Positions 1-9,578 of a stretch of DNA of 32,000 nucleotides are shown piece after piece. The translations under genes and the position numbers were made by a program. Numbering within the stretch: position 1 is the stretch's first letter; every line of letters begins with the position of its first letter. The DNA comes from Candidatus Saganbacteria bacterium (GTDB taxonomy: Bacteria > Margulisbacteria > WOR-1 > JAKLHX01), in NCBI GenBank assembly GCA_026387835.1, contig JAPLKZ010000005.1:211048-243047 (forward strand), written 5' to 3'. The notes beneath the pieces were generated by a model. The model did no database searches. It saw only the letters and a list, made by a program, of their open reading frames with translations, and was not told the DNA's origin.

Positions 1-1
1 A

Positions 2-457
2 TGTTTACGTCCGCAACATGACCGTCTTGCAGGGGATGTATCTCCGGAAAAAATAAGTAAATTTTATGCAATCCCTCAAGCTTTAACAGGACTACGCTTT
101 GATTTAAAGATTTCAACTGACACACAGGGCCGTATTCTCCCGTCATTGTTTCGGCCGAATAATTTTGCCGTGCTTCCGGGAAGTGCAGTTGAGTTTTCAG
201 ACATTCTTTACGGAAGAACTGCGGCTGCCTTTTTTGACCATCCGCAAGATGGTCTCCAGGTTCGTAGAGAGCCATTATATGAACATCTCTATCGTCTTGA
301 TACACTTGATCCTCCGGACGGCCACGGGATCCTAGTTGCAGTATTTCAGTTTGGAGTAATTAGTAACACAAAGGACGGATCAGATTCATCAAATTATGAT
401 GCGGGCGAGGGCTGGTGGCCCCTAGTACTTTCATTAAAAACTCCTGTTGATGAATAG
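2..457 (+). CDS. 3' part of a hypothetical protein entering from the left edge
   Basis: The frame containing the 146..457 ORF is open back to base 2 (no stop; ...DVSPEKISKFYAIPQALTGLRFDLKISTDTQGRILPSLFRPNNFAVLPG...), so the internal TTG at 146 is probably not the true start. Stop at 455-457. No family recognised. Confidence 0.55.
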   Translation, partial: CLRPQHDRLAGDVSPEKISKFYAIPQALTGLRFDLKISTDTQGRILPSLFRPNNFAVLPGSAVEFSDILYGRTAAAFFDHPQDGLQVRREPLYEHLYRLDTLDPPDGHGILVAVFQFGVISNTKDGSDSSNYDAGEGWWPLVLSLKTPVDE

Positions 458-478
458 AGGCTAAAACCGAGGACGGCT

Positions 479-1639
479 CTACTTATACATCCCGAGCTGC
501 TGTGCTTTCTGGAAGACTTTTCCTTCTGTTAAATTTGACGGTGCGATGACGATATCTACGGACTGCATCTCTTTGATGTTCGAGGCGCCGAGAGTGCCCA
601 TCGAAGTCTTTAAGGCTCCCACAAAGTTCTCTGAGCCGTCATCGAATTTCGCGGGGCCGAGAAGTATTTCTTTTAATGAACCGATAGTCCCGACTTTTAT
701 CCTTGTCCCGCGCGGAAGCACCGAATTCGGAGTGGCCATGCCCCAGTGAAAACCTTTTCCGGGAGCTTCTTTGGATTTTGCAAGGGGCGATCCGATCATC
801 ACAGCGTCAGCTCCGCACGCGATAGATTTGCAGATGTCCCCGCCGACCACCATTCCGCCGTCAGCGATAATAGAAACGTATTTTTTTGTCTTCTTGTAAA
901 AATCATCCCTTGCGCAGGCGCAGTCAACGATTGCGGTAGCCATAGGTATTCCGATCCCCAGGACTCCGCGTGAAGTGCAGGCAGCACCGGGGCCTATTCC
1001 GACCAGTACGGCAGAAACTCCGGTCTCCATAAGTTTAAGCGCGACTTCGTATGTCACGCAGTTCCCGACTATAACAGGGATCCTGACCGACTTGCAAAGT
1101 TCCGACAGGTCAAGCGGCTTAAAGAGCTTTGTTTTATGAAGAGTGGAAACGACAGTCGCCTGAACCACTAAAATATCGGCTCCCGCTTTTTCCGCAATAT
1201 GCCCGTATTCCATGGCTTTCTGCGGCGTGACAGAGACGGCCGCGACCGCTTTTCTATCTTTTATCTGTTTTATTCTTTTTGTTATCAGTTCCGGTTTTAC
1301 TTCTTCAAGGTAGATCTTCTGCATCAAAGGGACATATTCTTCGCGCGGGGCAAGGGCAATGCGGTCAAGGACATTGTCCGCGTCTTCATATCTTGTCTGT
1401 ATGCCCTGGATGTTAAGGACTCCCATGCCGCCGCAACTGCTCATCAAGGCGGCCGTGTTCGGGTCGATGACGGAATCCATGGCGGATGCGATTATAGGCA
1501 GCTCAAGTTTCACTCCGGCGATCGTCACGGAAATATCCACTTCATCGGTCTCAACGGTAGAAAGCGACGGTACCAGCGCTATCTCGTCAAACCCGTAAAC
1601 CCTCCTTGTTTTTCTTCCTTTTCCCAGCTCTAGTTCCAT
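479..1639 (-). CDS. GuaB3-type IMP dehydrogenase/GMP reductase family protein without CBS domains
   Basis: 386 aa TIM-barrel with IMPDH/GMPR signatures: ELPIIASAMDSV, GNCVTYEVALKLMETG, VGIGPGAACTSRGVLGIGIPMATAI, IADGGMVVGGDICKSIACGADAVMIGSPLA. No CBS pair between barrel halves. Confidence 0.9.
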   Translation of the reverse strand: MELELGKGRKTRRVYGFDEIALVPSLSTVETDEVDISVTIAGVKLELPIIASAMDSVIDPNTAALMSSCGGMGVLNIQGIQTRYEDADNVLDRIALAPREEYVPLMQKIYLEEVKPELITKRIKQIKDRKAVAAVSVTPQKAMEYGHIAEKAGADILVVQATVVSTLHKTKLFKPLDLSELCKSVRIPVIVGNCVTYEVALKLMETGVSAVLVGIGPGAACTSRGVLGIGIPMATAIVDCACARDDFYKKTKKYVSIIADGGMVVGGDICKSIACGADAVMIGSPLAKSKEAPGKGFHWGMATPNSVLPRGTRIKVGTIGSLKEILLGPAKFDDGSENFVGALKTSMGTLGASNIKEMQSVDIVIAPSNLTEGKVFQKAQQLGMYK

Positions 1640-1683
1640 TGTTTGTCCTTTCTATCAGATCACTCCGCATTGGTCCGGATCGT

Positions 1684-1956
1684 TCAGCCGTTCATCATAT
1701 CTTTCGGCGGTTTTCCGGACAGCTCTTTTTCCACATACATGGCTATCATCTTTTCGAGCTCATCGACGACGGGTTTTGGTATCCATACTTCACCGCACTC
1801 CTCGCAGATGAAAGCCGGCACGTCCTCGATCACGTAAAGTTTTTCATTCTCGTAATGGTCAAGGCTGACCTTGTCAAAGTAAAGCTTCCCCCCGCAGGCG
1901 CTGCATTGACCGGGATTTAGATCGCTAAAGGAATCGTCAGTGTTGTCGAGTTTCAT
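1684..1956 (-). CDS. YgiT/MqsA-type zinc-finger domain protein
   Basis: 90 aa with paired CxxC motifs (CSACGGKLYFDKVSL...VPAFICEECGEVWI), typical of YgiT-type zinc fingers; no toxin-like partner ORF adjacent. Confidence 0.7.
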   Translation of the reverse strand: MKLDNTDDSFSDLNPGQCSACGGKLYFDKVSLDHYENEKLYVIEDVPAFICEECGEVWIPKPVVDELEKMIAMYVEKELSGKPPKDMMNG

Positions 1957-1971
1957 TTATCTTTGAAAATT

Positions 1972-2000
1972 ATTATACATTAACAAAAGGCTCTTGACAA
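1972..2000 (-). promoter_or_regulatory. candidate sigma70-type promoter for the YgiT-type gene
   Basis: On the minus strand TTGTCA (2000-1995), 17-nt spacer, TATAAT (1977-1972); -10 ends 15 nt before the ATG. Confidence 0.55.
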
Positions 2001-2023
2001 GAACACCGCATTAAAGATAAAAT
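1994..2023 (+). promoter_or_regulatory. candidate sigma70-type promoter for the vWA-domain gene
   Basis: TTGACA (1994-1999), 18-nt spacer, TAAAAT (2018-2023); downstream strong SD GGAAGGGGGTGA before ATG 2073. Its -35 overlaps the divergent -35. Confidence 0.5.
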
Positions 2024-2072
2024 TGTCTTCAGTCTGAAATAGAAAATCTAATCTGGAAGGGGGTGACTATTA

Positions 2073-3233
2073 ATGAAAAAGAATTTTCTTTTCTTATTGA
2101 CAGGTATTGTTTTGTTGTCAGCGACAGTGATCACAGGTTGTAATAACACGATCAATATTAATCTTGCGCCGGGCATGGTCACGTCACCTGAAGCTGTAGT
2201 ATCAGGAGCGGCTACTGTTTCCGGAGGCACGGTAACCCTTAACCTGGGCTCCATCATCGTGAGCGGTGAAGCGCTTTCCGGGTTAACGGCGGCGAACTTC
2301 AAGATCTATGTCGGGACAGGGACCGATGTAACTAAATATACAGAGGTCACCCCGACAGTGACTTCGACAACCACCAGCAAGATTGACATGGTATTTATCC
2401 TGGACAGGACAGGCAGCATGGGCAGGACAATTACCGGATGCAAAAACAGCATTGTGGCTTTTGCGTCGACTCTTGATGCCGCGGGTGCAGATGTGAAGTT
2501 CGGTGTTGTAGCTTTTGGTGATACTCCGTCTGAACAGATGAATATAGCTTTGCCGGCGTCATCAACCCAGGTCCAGACTTTCCTGGCGACTGTCACAGCG
2601 AGCGGCGGAGGCGACGGACCGGAAAACCCGCTTGATTCCATCATGTATGCGTATAACAACTATACATGGAGGGCAGGCGCGCAAAAAGTGTTCATCGTAT
2701 TGACGGACGCGTGCGCGCATCAAAAGGGTGATGGTCCGGACTATACAACAAGGACGCTTGCGGGCGTGCAGACATCGCTTTCGGGAAATGCCGTTGTATA
2801 CACGGTCAGTCCGACAGAGGACAGCAATGCTTATCCTTCGCCTGGATATGATACCGGAACTGCGGATATAAGATGGTTGGCTGACGGATGCGGCTGGACC
2901 CCGACTATAACGACCGCGACATATGGAACTGTAAAAGGCAGAGATGCCGCAGGGACTACTTATGTTGGGACCGGCGGAAAGTGGATGGGACTGCCATCAA
3001 GCGGCAATGTAGACCTTACAGCGCTTGGCATATCAACGTCTGTCACAAAAGGATACACGGTCACATTCAGCTATACTGTAGGCACGACCTTGTACATACA
3101 TGTCTTGATCGATAAAAATAAAGACGGGATATGGGATATTGACGGATTGCTTACCTTGACGGTTAGCACGTCCGGCAAGCCTGAAGGCGCAGTAGTTGAT
3201 CCTTCAAAGAGATGGAGACCCGGACATAACTAA
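2073..3233 (+). CDS. secreted von Willebrand factor type A domain lipoprotein
   Basis: Signal peptide with lipobox-like ATVITGC; vWA fold starting MVFILDRTGSMG (MIDAS-like DxTxS), KVFIVLTDA; strong SD. Confidence 0.8.
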   Translation: MKKNFLFLLTGIVLLSATVITGCNNTININLAPGMVTSPEAVVSGAATVSGGTVTLNLGSIIVSGEALSGLTAANFKIYVGTGTDVTKYTEVTPTVTSTTTSKIDMVFILDRTGSMGRTITGCKNSIVAFASTLDAAGADVKFGVVAFGDTPSEQMNIALPASSTQVQTFLATVTASGGGDGPENPLDSIMYAYNNYTWRAGAQKVFIVLTDACAHQKGDGPDYTTRTLAGVQTSLSGNAVVYTVSPTEDSNAYPSPGYDTGTADIRWLADGCGWTPTITTATYGTVKGRDAAGTTYVGTGGKWMGLPSSGNVDLTALGISTSVTKGYTVTFSYTVGTTLYIHVLIDKNKDGIWDIDGLLTLTVSTSGKPEGAVVDPSKRWRPGHN

Positions 3234-3251
3234 ATGTTCTCCCGTCTTATT

Positions 3252-3284
3252 AAAGAGGCCCTGAGAAATTGGGGCCTCTTTTTC
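3252..3284 (+). terminator. rho-independent terminator (first of tandem pair)
   Basis: Perfect 10-bp stem AAAGAGGCCC (3252-3261) / GGGCCTCTTT (3272-3281) followed by T-rich tract. Confidence 0.85.
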
Positions 3285-3285
3285 T

Positions 3286-3319
3286 GAGCCCGAACCCAAG
3301 CGGTTCGGCTCTTTTTTTT
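3286..3319 (+). terminator. second tandem rho-independent terminator
   Basis: Stem GAGCC(C)GAACC (3286-3296, one bulge) / GGTTCGGCTC (3302-3311) with loop CAAGC and then T8 (3312-3319). Confidence 0.8.
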
Positions 3320-3320
3320 C

Positions 3321-3349
3321 TTGACAACACCCGTTATCAATAATAAACT
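3321..3349 (+). promoter_or_regulatory. candidate promoter for the multidomain lipoprotein
   Basis: TTGACA (3321-3326), 17-nt spacer, TAAACT (3344-3349); 8 nt from -10 to ATG 3358; no SD visible. Confidence 0.5.
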
Positions 3350-3357
3350 TAATGGTG

Positions 3358-5271
3358 ATGAAAAAGATCCTGTCTCTTCTTTTTATAGGTTCATTATTAT
3401 TGTCCGGTTGCGGTGAGACCGTCATATCCAACGCTACGGTCACGGGTTTTGTGACTGACACTTCTGCTGCAGCGATCCCGGGAGCGACGGTGACTATAGC
3501 AGGGGTCTCGGGGACCACCGGATCAAGCGGCAGCTATAATTTAACCGGAGTAAAGACCGGACTGCAGACAATATCTGCATCCGCGGCGGGATATATCTCC
3601 CAGACGAAGCAGATAAATGTCGGCGCTCTTGAGACGAACTACGCGCCGGCCATGGTCCTTTCCAAAAAAGACGGCAAATCCACGGATGTTGGAAGCGGCG
3701 GCGGTGATGTTACTAATGCGGACGGTACCGTTAAAATAACCATACCCGAGAACGCGCTGAAATCCACGCAGATTATAACGGTCACAAAATGCGACCTGTC
3801 GGCTGCGCCGGCGCCACCGAGCGGATATAAATTCATCTATCTTGTCTATATAACGCCCGTGGACATCTCTTTAGAAAAAAAAGTGACGCTCAGGATACCC
3901 CTGTTGACCGAAGTGGCGTCGGATGTGACGGTCCCGTTCTTCAGGTTCGACACTTCAACTTTGAGCTGGGTCGCGATCGACAGCGGGTCAATTGATGCTG
4001 TAAGCAGTACGATATCAGTAGGTTTGAGCAATTTTGGCTGGATCGCTGCGGCGAGGAGCCTTGGTACGGGTTATGGAACCGTGAACGGAAGAGTTGTTTC
4101 ATCATCAGGCCCGGTGATCGTTGGAGCGAACGTCTGGTATTCTTCAAATATCACCGTCAGTGATCCGAGCGGAAATTACACTCTCTCAAATATGCCCGAA
4201 GGCACCCTGACGATAAATGCTTACGCTGCGGGTTACAACGCAAATACCGCATCAGTGACGGTAAAAGCCGGCAGCCTCGTTTACGCGCCGGACATAGTGC
4301 TTTCTCCGACCGCGCCGCTTTACGGTACGATAACAGGACAGGTGATCAGCTCTTCGACTTCAGCGGGGATATCAGGCGCAAGGATAACGGTCTCGGGAAA
4401 GACCGCGTACACGGATTCTTCAGGTCTTTTTACAGTGACTGACATATCTCCGGGTTCGGTCAGTGTGACGGTCTACGCAAATGGGTATCTAAAAAAGACG
4501 TCTTCCGCAACGGTCACTGCCGGTGCGGGCACCACGCTCAATTTTTCTATCGACGTGACGACAGTATCGACGTTCTTTGATGATTTTGAGACGGACAAAG
4601 AATGGGTTAAGTCTATCTCTTATGTATATTCGCCAAAATGTTTGTGGAACAGGACCGCTAATTCTGCCGCGGTCAAGGACATATATGCTCCTGTTTATGT
4701 CACTCTTCCCGATTATGAAAAGAACGGCGGGGCGATACCTCTTGCTTACAGCGGGAGTTATTCGTACTGGTTCGGCGAGGCTGACAAGGGCTCCTTTATG
4801 GGAGAACAGCTGACGGTCCCGCCCGATACGGCGTTGTCAGGAGGAACTTCCGCCGCAAGGTATCAGGGAGACCTTACATCACCAACTATAAGCCTTGCGG
4901 GATACGAGTCGGGTAAGCTTTCTTTCTGGACCTGGTGGGAAGTGGAATCGATGCACTGCGCTTCCGGATTTGACGTGATGAAGATAATGATATCGACGGA
5001 CGGCGGCGCCAACTGGAGCGATCTCGCGACGCTAAATCCGGTGATCGATCAGGCCGGCAAACAGGAATATCTTCCGTATTCATCGGGCGGATTCAATAAG
5101 GAAGGTGTCTGGGTAAAGCATGAATTAGACCTGACCCCTTATGTCGGCAATGACGTTCAGATACGTTTTTCGTTCGACGCGAAAGACAATAAATATAACG
5201 GTTTCAGGGGCTGGTTCATCGATGACGTGTCGGTGACTGCGGAGAGGATGTCGACGGCAGTGAGGAAATAG
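3358..5271 (+). CDS. multidomain surface lipoprotein with carboxypeptidase-regulatory-like repeats
   Basis: Lipobox LLLSGCG; at least three Gly-rich CarboxypepD_reg/SdrD-B-like repeats (GFVTDTSAAAIPGATVTI..., GRVVSSSGPVIVGANVWY..., GQVISSSTSAGISGARITV...), a ZU5-like segment (VTNADGTVKITIPENAL), and a C-terminal jelly-roll-like region ending QIRFSFDAKDNKYNGFRGWFIDDVSV. ORF track starts at 3352; ATG 3358 gives the canonical MKKILSLL signal. Confidence 0.75.
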   Translation: MKKILSLLFIGSLLLSGCGETVISNATVTGFVTDTSAAAIPGATVTIAGVSGTTGSSGSYNLTGVKTGLQTISASAAGYISQTKQINVGALETNYAPAMVLSKKDGKSTDVGSGGGDVTNADGTVKITIPENALKSTQIITVTKCDLSAAPAPPSGYKFIYLVYITPVDISLEKKVTLRIPLLTEVASDVTVPFFRFDTSTLSWVAIDSGSIDAVSSTISVGLSNFGWIAAARSLGTGYGTVNGRVVSSSGPVIVGANVWYSSNITVSDPSGNYTLSNMPEGTLTINAYAAGYNANTASVTVKAGSLVYAPDIVLSPTAPLYGTITGQVISSSTSAGISGARITVSGKTAYTDSSGLFTVTDISPGSVSVTVYANGYLKKTSSATVTAGAGTTLNFSIDVTTVSTFFDDFETDKEWVKSISYVYSPKCLWNRTANSAAVKDIYAPVYVTLPDYEKNGGAIPLAYSGSYSYWFGEADKGSFMGEQLTVPPDTALSGGTSAARYQGDLTSPTISLAGYESGKLSFWTWWEVESMHCASGFDVMKIMISTDGGANWSDLATLNPVIDQAGKQEYLPYSSGGFNKEGVWVKHELDLTPYVGNDVQIRFSFDAKDNKYNGFRGWFIDDVSVTAERMSTAVRK

Positions 5272-5322
5272 GGGCCGTATTTCCCTTTATGTTATAATCT
5301 TTCTATCAGGAGGAAATTTTCC

Positions 5323-6588
5323 ATGCATTTCGGCATTGATAATTTAAGGCTGACCGATCCCGAGGTGGCTTCGGCTTTGGACGCGGAACTCGACAGACAG
5401 AGGAACAAGCTCGAGATGATCGCGTCGGAGAATTTTACCAGCAGGGCGGTGATGGAGGCGACGGGCTCGTGCCTTACAAATAAATACGCGGAAGGCTATC
5501 CTGGCAAAAGATATTACGGCGGATGCGAGTGTGTCGATACTGCGGAAAACCTGGCGATAGACCGTGCGAAGAAGCTTTTTGGTTCCCAGCACGCGAACGT
5601 CCAGGCACATTCGGGTTCACAGGCGAACACCGCTGCCTATATGGCATTCTTAAAACCCGGGGATACAGTTTTAGGCCTTAACTTGTCTCACGGCGGCCAC
5701 CTCACCCACGGCAGTCCGGTAAATATATCCGGAATACTTTTCAATTTCATTCCGTATGGCGTCAGGAAAGAAGATGAACTTATGGATTACGACCAGATAT
5801 CGGAACTTGCGAAAGTACATAAGCCTAAGATGATCGTCGCGGGAGCGACCGCATATCCGAGGACAATAGATTTTAAAAGACTGGGAGAAATAGCACGGGA
5901 AGCGGGCGCTTATCTTATGGTAGATATTGCTCATATCGCAGGACTTGTTATCGCAGGCCTGCATCCGTCTCCGGTCCCGCACAGCCATGTGGTAACATCG
6001 ACCACGCACAAGACGCTGAGAGGCCCCCGCGGCGGCCTGATACTTTGCAGGGAAGAATATGCGAAGCAGGTAGACAAAGCGGTGTTCCCGGGGATACAGG
6101 GCGGGCCTTTGATGCACGTGATAGCGGCCAAGGCCGTTGCTTTCAAAGAAGCGATGCTGCCGCAGTTCAAAACCTATCAGGAACAGATCATAAAGAACGC
6201 GAAAGCTCTGGAAAAAGCTATGATCAAGAACGGATTCAGGCTTGTTTCCGGCGGCACCGATACGCATCTGATACTTGTAGACCTTACAAACAAAGGGCTT
6301 ACGGGAAAAGCCGCGGAAAAGATCCTGGACGATGTCGGGATAACGGTCAACAAGAACACGATCCCTTATGAAACACAATCCCCTTTCATAACGAGCGGGA
6401 TCAGGGTGGGGGTCCCGGCGCTGACGACCAGGGGCCTCAAAGAACAGCAGATGGAAGAGATCGCTGTCCTGTTCTCAAGGATACTTTCTGACGCGGACAA
6501 TGAAAATGTAAAAAAACAGGTAAAAGAAGAAGTGGCAGCCTTGTGCGAAAGGTTCCCCCTATATGAAAAAGGAGCTTTTGAAGCTTGA
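5323..6588 (+). CDS. glyA: serine hydroxymethyltransferase
   Basis: Characteristic [48 protein letters not shown]; SD GGAGG upstream. Confidence 0.97.
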   Translation: MHFGIDNLRLTDPEVASALDAELDRQRNKLEMIASENFTSRAVMEATGSCLTNKYAEGYPGKRYYGGCECVDTAENLAIDRAKKLFGSQHANVQAHSGSQANTAAYMAFLKPGDTVLGLNLSHGGHLTHGSPVNISGILFNFIPYGVRKEDELMDYDQISELAKVHKPKMIVAGATAYPRTIDFKRLGEIAREAGAYLMVDIAHIAGLVIAGLHPSPVPHSHVVTSTTHKTLRGPRGGLILCREEYAKQVDKAVFPGIQGGPLMHVIAAKAVAFKEAMLPQFKTYQEQIIKNAKALEKAMIKNGFRLVSGGTDTHLILVDLTNKGLTGKAAEKILDDVGITVNKNTIPYETQSPFITSGIRVGVPALTTRGLKEQQMEEIAVLFSRILSDADNENVKKQVKEEVAALCERFPLYEKGAFEA

Positions 6589-7271
6589 TAGTCCTCAGCG
6601 GCGTCTCAAAGATATACCCTAACGGGGTCGAAGCGCTCTCCGGCGTGGACCTCAGCATAGGGAAAGAAGAATTTGTTTTTATAGTGGGCCCCACAGGTTC
6701 GGGCAAATCCACACTTTTAAAAATGCTCTACAGGGAGGAACTTCCCAACAGCGGCCAGGTGATCGTGGACAGGCTCAACATCGCTGATATCAAAAAGAAC
6801 CAGATCCCGTTCCTGCGGCGTAACATCGGCGTAGTTTTTCAGGATTACAAACTTCTTCCTTTAAGGACGGTATATGAGAACGTGGCGTTCGCCCTTCAGG
6901 TGCTGGGAGCTTCGCGCACTTATATCAGAAGGCAGGTGACGCAGGCGCTTGATCTGGTCGGCCTGCTGAAAAAAGCAAGAAGTTTTCCGGGCGAGCTGTC
7001 GGGCGGAGAGCAGCAGAGGGTCTGCATCGCGCGGGCGATAGTCAACAATCCTCCGCTGCTGTTGGCAGATGAGCCGACAGGGAACCTTGACCCTGCCACG
7101 TCCTGGGAGATCATCCATCTCCTTGAAAAGATAAACAAGCGCAGCACCACGGTAATAGTCGCGACGCATAACAAATCCATCGTGGACGGCATGAGAAAAA
7201 GAGTGGTCGCGCTCGAGAGCGGCCGCATCATAAGGGACCAGCAGCTGGGGGGCTACAGCAATGTCCTTTGA
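6585..7271 (+). CDS. ftsE: cell division ATP-binding protein FtsE
   Basis: ABC ATPase: [16 protein letters not shown] (Walker A), [27 protein letters not shown]; TTG start overlapping the glyA stop; followed by ftsX. Confidence 0.93.
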   Translation: MIVLSGVSKIYPNGVEALSGVDLSIGKEEFVFIVGPTGSGKSTLLKMLYREELPNSGQVIVDRLNIADIKKNQIPFLRRNIGVVFQDYKLLPLRTVYENVAFALQVLGASRTYIRRQVTQALDLVGLLKKARSFPGELSGGEQQRVCIARAIVNNPPLLLADEPTGNLDPATSWEIIHLLEKINKRSTTVIVATHNKSIVDGMRKRVVALESGRIIRDQQLGGYSNVL

Positions 7272-8142
7272 GTTCTTTTTAAGGGAAGCGTGGAACGGTT
7301 TCCGCAGGAGCGGGATCATGAGCGTGATATCGCTGGCGACCATAACCGTGTCACTGGTCGTCCTTGGCGCGTTCCTTCTGGTGATGTTCAACCTTGGGCA
7401 TATCATCGACTCTGTCGGGTCCAAGATGGAGATCGTGGCTTATGTCGACAAACCAATAGACGACTATACCGCCAGCACTTATATGCTCCAGCTGACAAAG
7501 ATCGAAGGGGTCCAAAGCGTAAGATATATTTCAAAGGACGAAGCCTGGAGCGATTTTAAAAGAGATTTTGAGGGGCGGCTCGAACTTGAGGAGATCGTAA
7601 AAGACAACCCCCTGCCCAACGCTTTTGTCATCAAAGTGAAAAAGCCGCAGCTTGTGACGGCGGTGGCAAAAAAGATATCCAACGTGCCCGATATCGACGA
7701 GGTGAGATATTCCGGCAGATTAGCCGACCGCTTCCAGACGCTGCTTGACGCAGTAAGACTGGGAGGGCTGATACTTGTCGCCCTGCTGATACTGGCGACC
7801 CTTCTTATCGTGGTGAACACGATAAGGCTTACGGTGATAGCAAGGCAGACCGATATAGCGATAATGAAACTGGTAGGCGCGACCAACAATTTTATCAAGT
7901 GGCCTTTCATTATCGAGGGAATACTGATAGGCGTGATAGGCGCGGCGCTCTCGTTCATCATATTAAAGTTCTCGTATGACCTTGTCGCGATGCAGATCAT
8001 GAAAGCCCTGCCGTTCATACCGCTGGTCACCTCAAAGACGGAACTTTTTCTGATATACGGCGCGGTATCGGTCACGGGAGTGCTGCTCGGGGCTCTGGGA
8101 GGATATATTTCCGTAAATTCATTACTAAAGGAGACAATGTAA
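7261..8142 (+). CDS. ftsX: cell division permease-like protein FtsX
   Basis: FtsX-type membrane protein (RNTIRLTVIARQTDIAIMKLVGATNNFIKWPFIIEGILIG-type motif), overlaps ftsE. Confidence 0.92.
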   Translation: MSFEFFLREAWNGFRRSGIMSVISLATITVSLVVLGAFLLVMFNLGHIIDSVGSKMEIVAYVDKPIDDYTASTYMLQLTKIEGVQSVRYISKDEAWSDFKRDFEGRLELEEIVKDNPLPNAFVIKVKKPQLVTAVAKKISNVPDIDEVRYSGRLADRFQTLLDAVRLGGLILVALLILATLLIVVNTIRLTVIARQTDIAIMKLVGATNNFIKWPFIIEGILIGVIGAALSFIILKFSYDLVAMQIMKALPFIPLVTSKTELFLIYGAVSVTGVLLGALGGYISVNSLLKETM

Positions 8143-9570
8143 ATGCTGAAATTTTTCAGGGAAAAGATGAAGGCGATAATGATAACGATAGCGGTAATAT
8201 TCGCGGCGACGATGTTCTACGGCTTGGGGTATAAAGGGTTGAAAGGAGGTCCTGTCCAGCGCGCGACAAATGAAGGGCTCGCCACTGTGAACGGCAGGCA
8301 GGTGGACATATTCCGTTTCAACCAGATGGTCGGCCGCCTGATGGCGGCGCAGACAAAAGGAAGCCGCGACCCTATGGCTATGCTTTATATGCAGAACGTA
8401 GCCCTCGCGCAGCTCATTGATTTCACCGTTATTTTGCAGGCCGGGGAAGGACAGTCCAGGATAGGAGGGGAAGAGATCGACAAGGCAGTGACGGATATAA
8501 TGTATTCAAACAAGATCCCAGACCTTAAGACTTTCCAGAACATATTGAGGTCCCAGGGTTTTTCGCTGGACGATCTCCGCCGGATGATAAAGGACGAGAT
8601 AATCGTCCAGCGTTTTGTGGCAAAGATGAACGGAGAGGTCTCGGTGTCGCCGGACGATATGAGAGAGGTAAGAGCGCAACATATCCTGATAAGGCCGGCC
8701 GACGGGTCAAAAAAATCGTGGGATGAAGCGCTGAAACAGGCTGAGTCGGTATTGGCGCAGGCAAAGTCAGGCAAGGATTTTAACGCCCTTGCTAAGGAAT
8801 ATTCGCAGGACCCCGGGAACGCGAAAAAAGGAGGGGACCTCGGATTTTTTAAAAAAGGCGCGATGGTCAAAGAGTTCGATACGGCGGTCTTTGCGCTGAA
8901 GCCGGGAGAAGTGTCGCAGCCGGTAAAGACGCAGTTCGGATATCATATCATCAAGATGGATGAATCAAGGCTTGTCAAGGGAGCGGACAAAGAAAAGATC
9001 CTGGCGGAAAAAAAAGACAGGCTTTTCAAGGAATGGCTTGAGGGACGCAAAGAAAAGTCCCGGATCGAAATAAAGAACTATCTTTTAAATGCTTTTAACA
9101 TGATGCTTAAGAACGACCAGTCTGGCGCGGTGATGGAGTTCAAAAAAGCCGCGGAGGCTGAACCTCAGAGCCCGTACCCGCATCTATTTTTCGGCAACAT
9201 GCTGGTCCAGATGGGGAATAGCTCATCGGCATCGGAGGAATTCGGAAAGGCCGCGAACCTGGCGGGGCCCGATCCGTACGCCCATCTCTATATCGGGAAG
9301 GCATGCCTTAATACTTCAAGAACGTCGTCCGGAAAAACCGCAGAAGCGATGGCGGCAGAAGCGCTGTCGGAGTTCCAGAAAGCTTCCGTTCTCGCGGGCG
9401 AAAACAGAAAGATCCGTGAAGACCTGGCGGCATCGTTCAAAGAATTGAAGATGAAAACCCTTCTTTCGGAAGAGAACGGGAAACTTGAAAAAATAAAAGA
9501 GAAAGAAAAATTCGAGGAAGAGATAAAGAAAAAGATGGGAACGGGGACTTCCGAGACCGAAATAAAATGA
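8143..9570 (+). CDS. SurA/PpiD/PrsA-like parvulin peptidyl-prolyl isomerase with C-terminal TPR-like region
   Basis: N-terminal membrane anchor, SurA_N-like segment, rotamase core VRAQHILIR...KDFNALAKEYSQDPGNAKKGGDLGFF...FGYHIIKM; C-terminal helical repeats. Confidence 0.88.
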   Translation: MLKFFREKMKAIMITIAVIFAATMFYGLGYKGLKGGPVQRATNEGLATVNGRQVDIFRFNQMVGRLMAAQTKGSRDPMAMLYMQNVALAQLIDFTVILQAGEGQSRIGGEEIDKAVTDIMYSNKIPDLKTFQNILRSQGFSLDDLRRMIKDEIIVQRFVAKMNGEVSVSPDDMREVRAQHILIRPADGSKKSWDEALKQAESVLAQAKSGKDFNALAKEYSQDPGNAKKGGDLGFFKKGAMVKEFDTAVFALKPGEVSQPVKTQFGYHIIKMDESRLVKGADKEKILAEKKDRLFKEWLEGRKEKSRIEIKNYLLNAFNMMLKNDQSGAVMEFKKAAEAEPQSPYPHLFFGNMLVQMGNSSSASEEFGKAANLAGPDPYAHLYIGKACLNTSRTSSGKTAEAMAAEALSEFQKASVLAGENRKIREDLAASFKELKMKTLLSEENGKLEKIKEKEKFEEEIKKKMGTGTSETEIK

Positions 9571-9578
9571 TCCCGGCG

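Noticed and set aside
546-1633. Multiple plus-strand ORFs (67-144 aa) overlapping the IMPDH-family gene
   Set aside because: Antisense shadow ORFs of a clearly coding minus-strand gene; no recognisable domains.
2048-3115. ORFs overlapping the vWA gene on both strands
   Set aside because: Alternative-frame readings of a well-supported CDS.
5671-6378. 235-aa minus-strand ORF opposite glyA
   Set aside because: Entirely antisense to unambiguous glyA; composition is typical of a reverse-frame open frame in codon-biased DNA.
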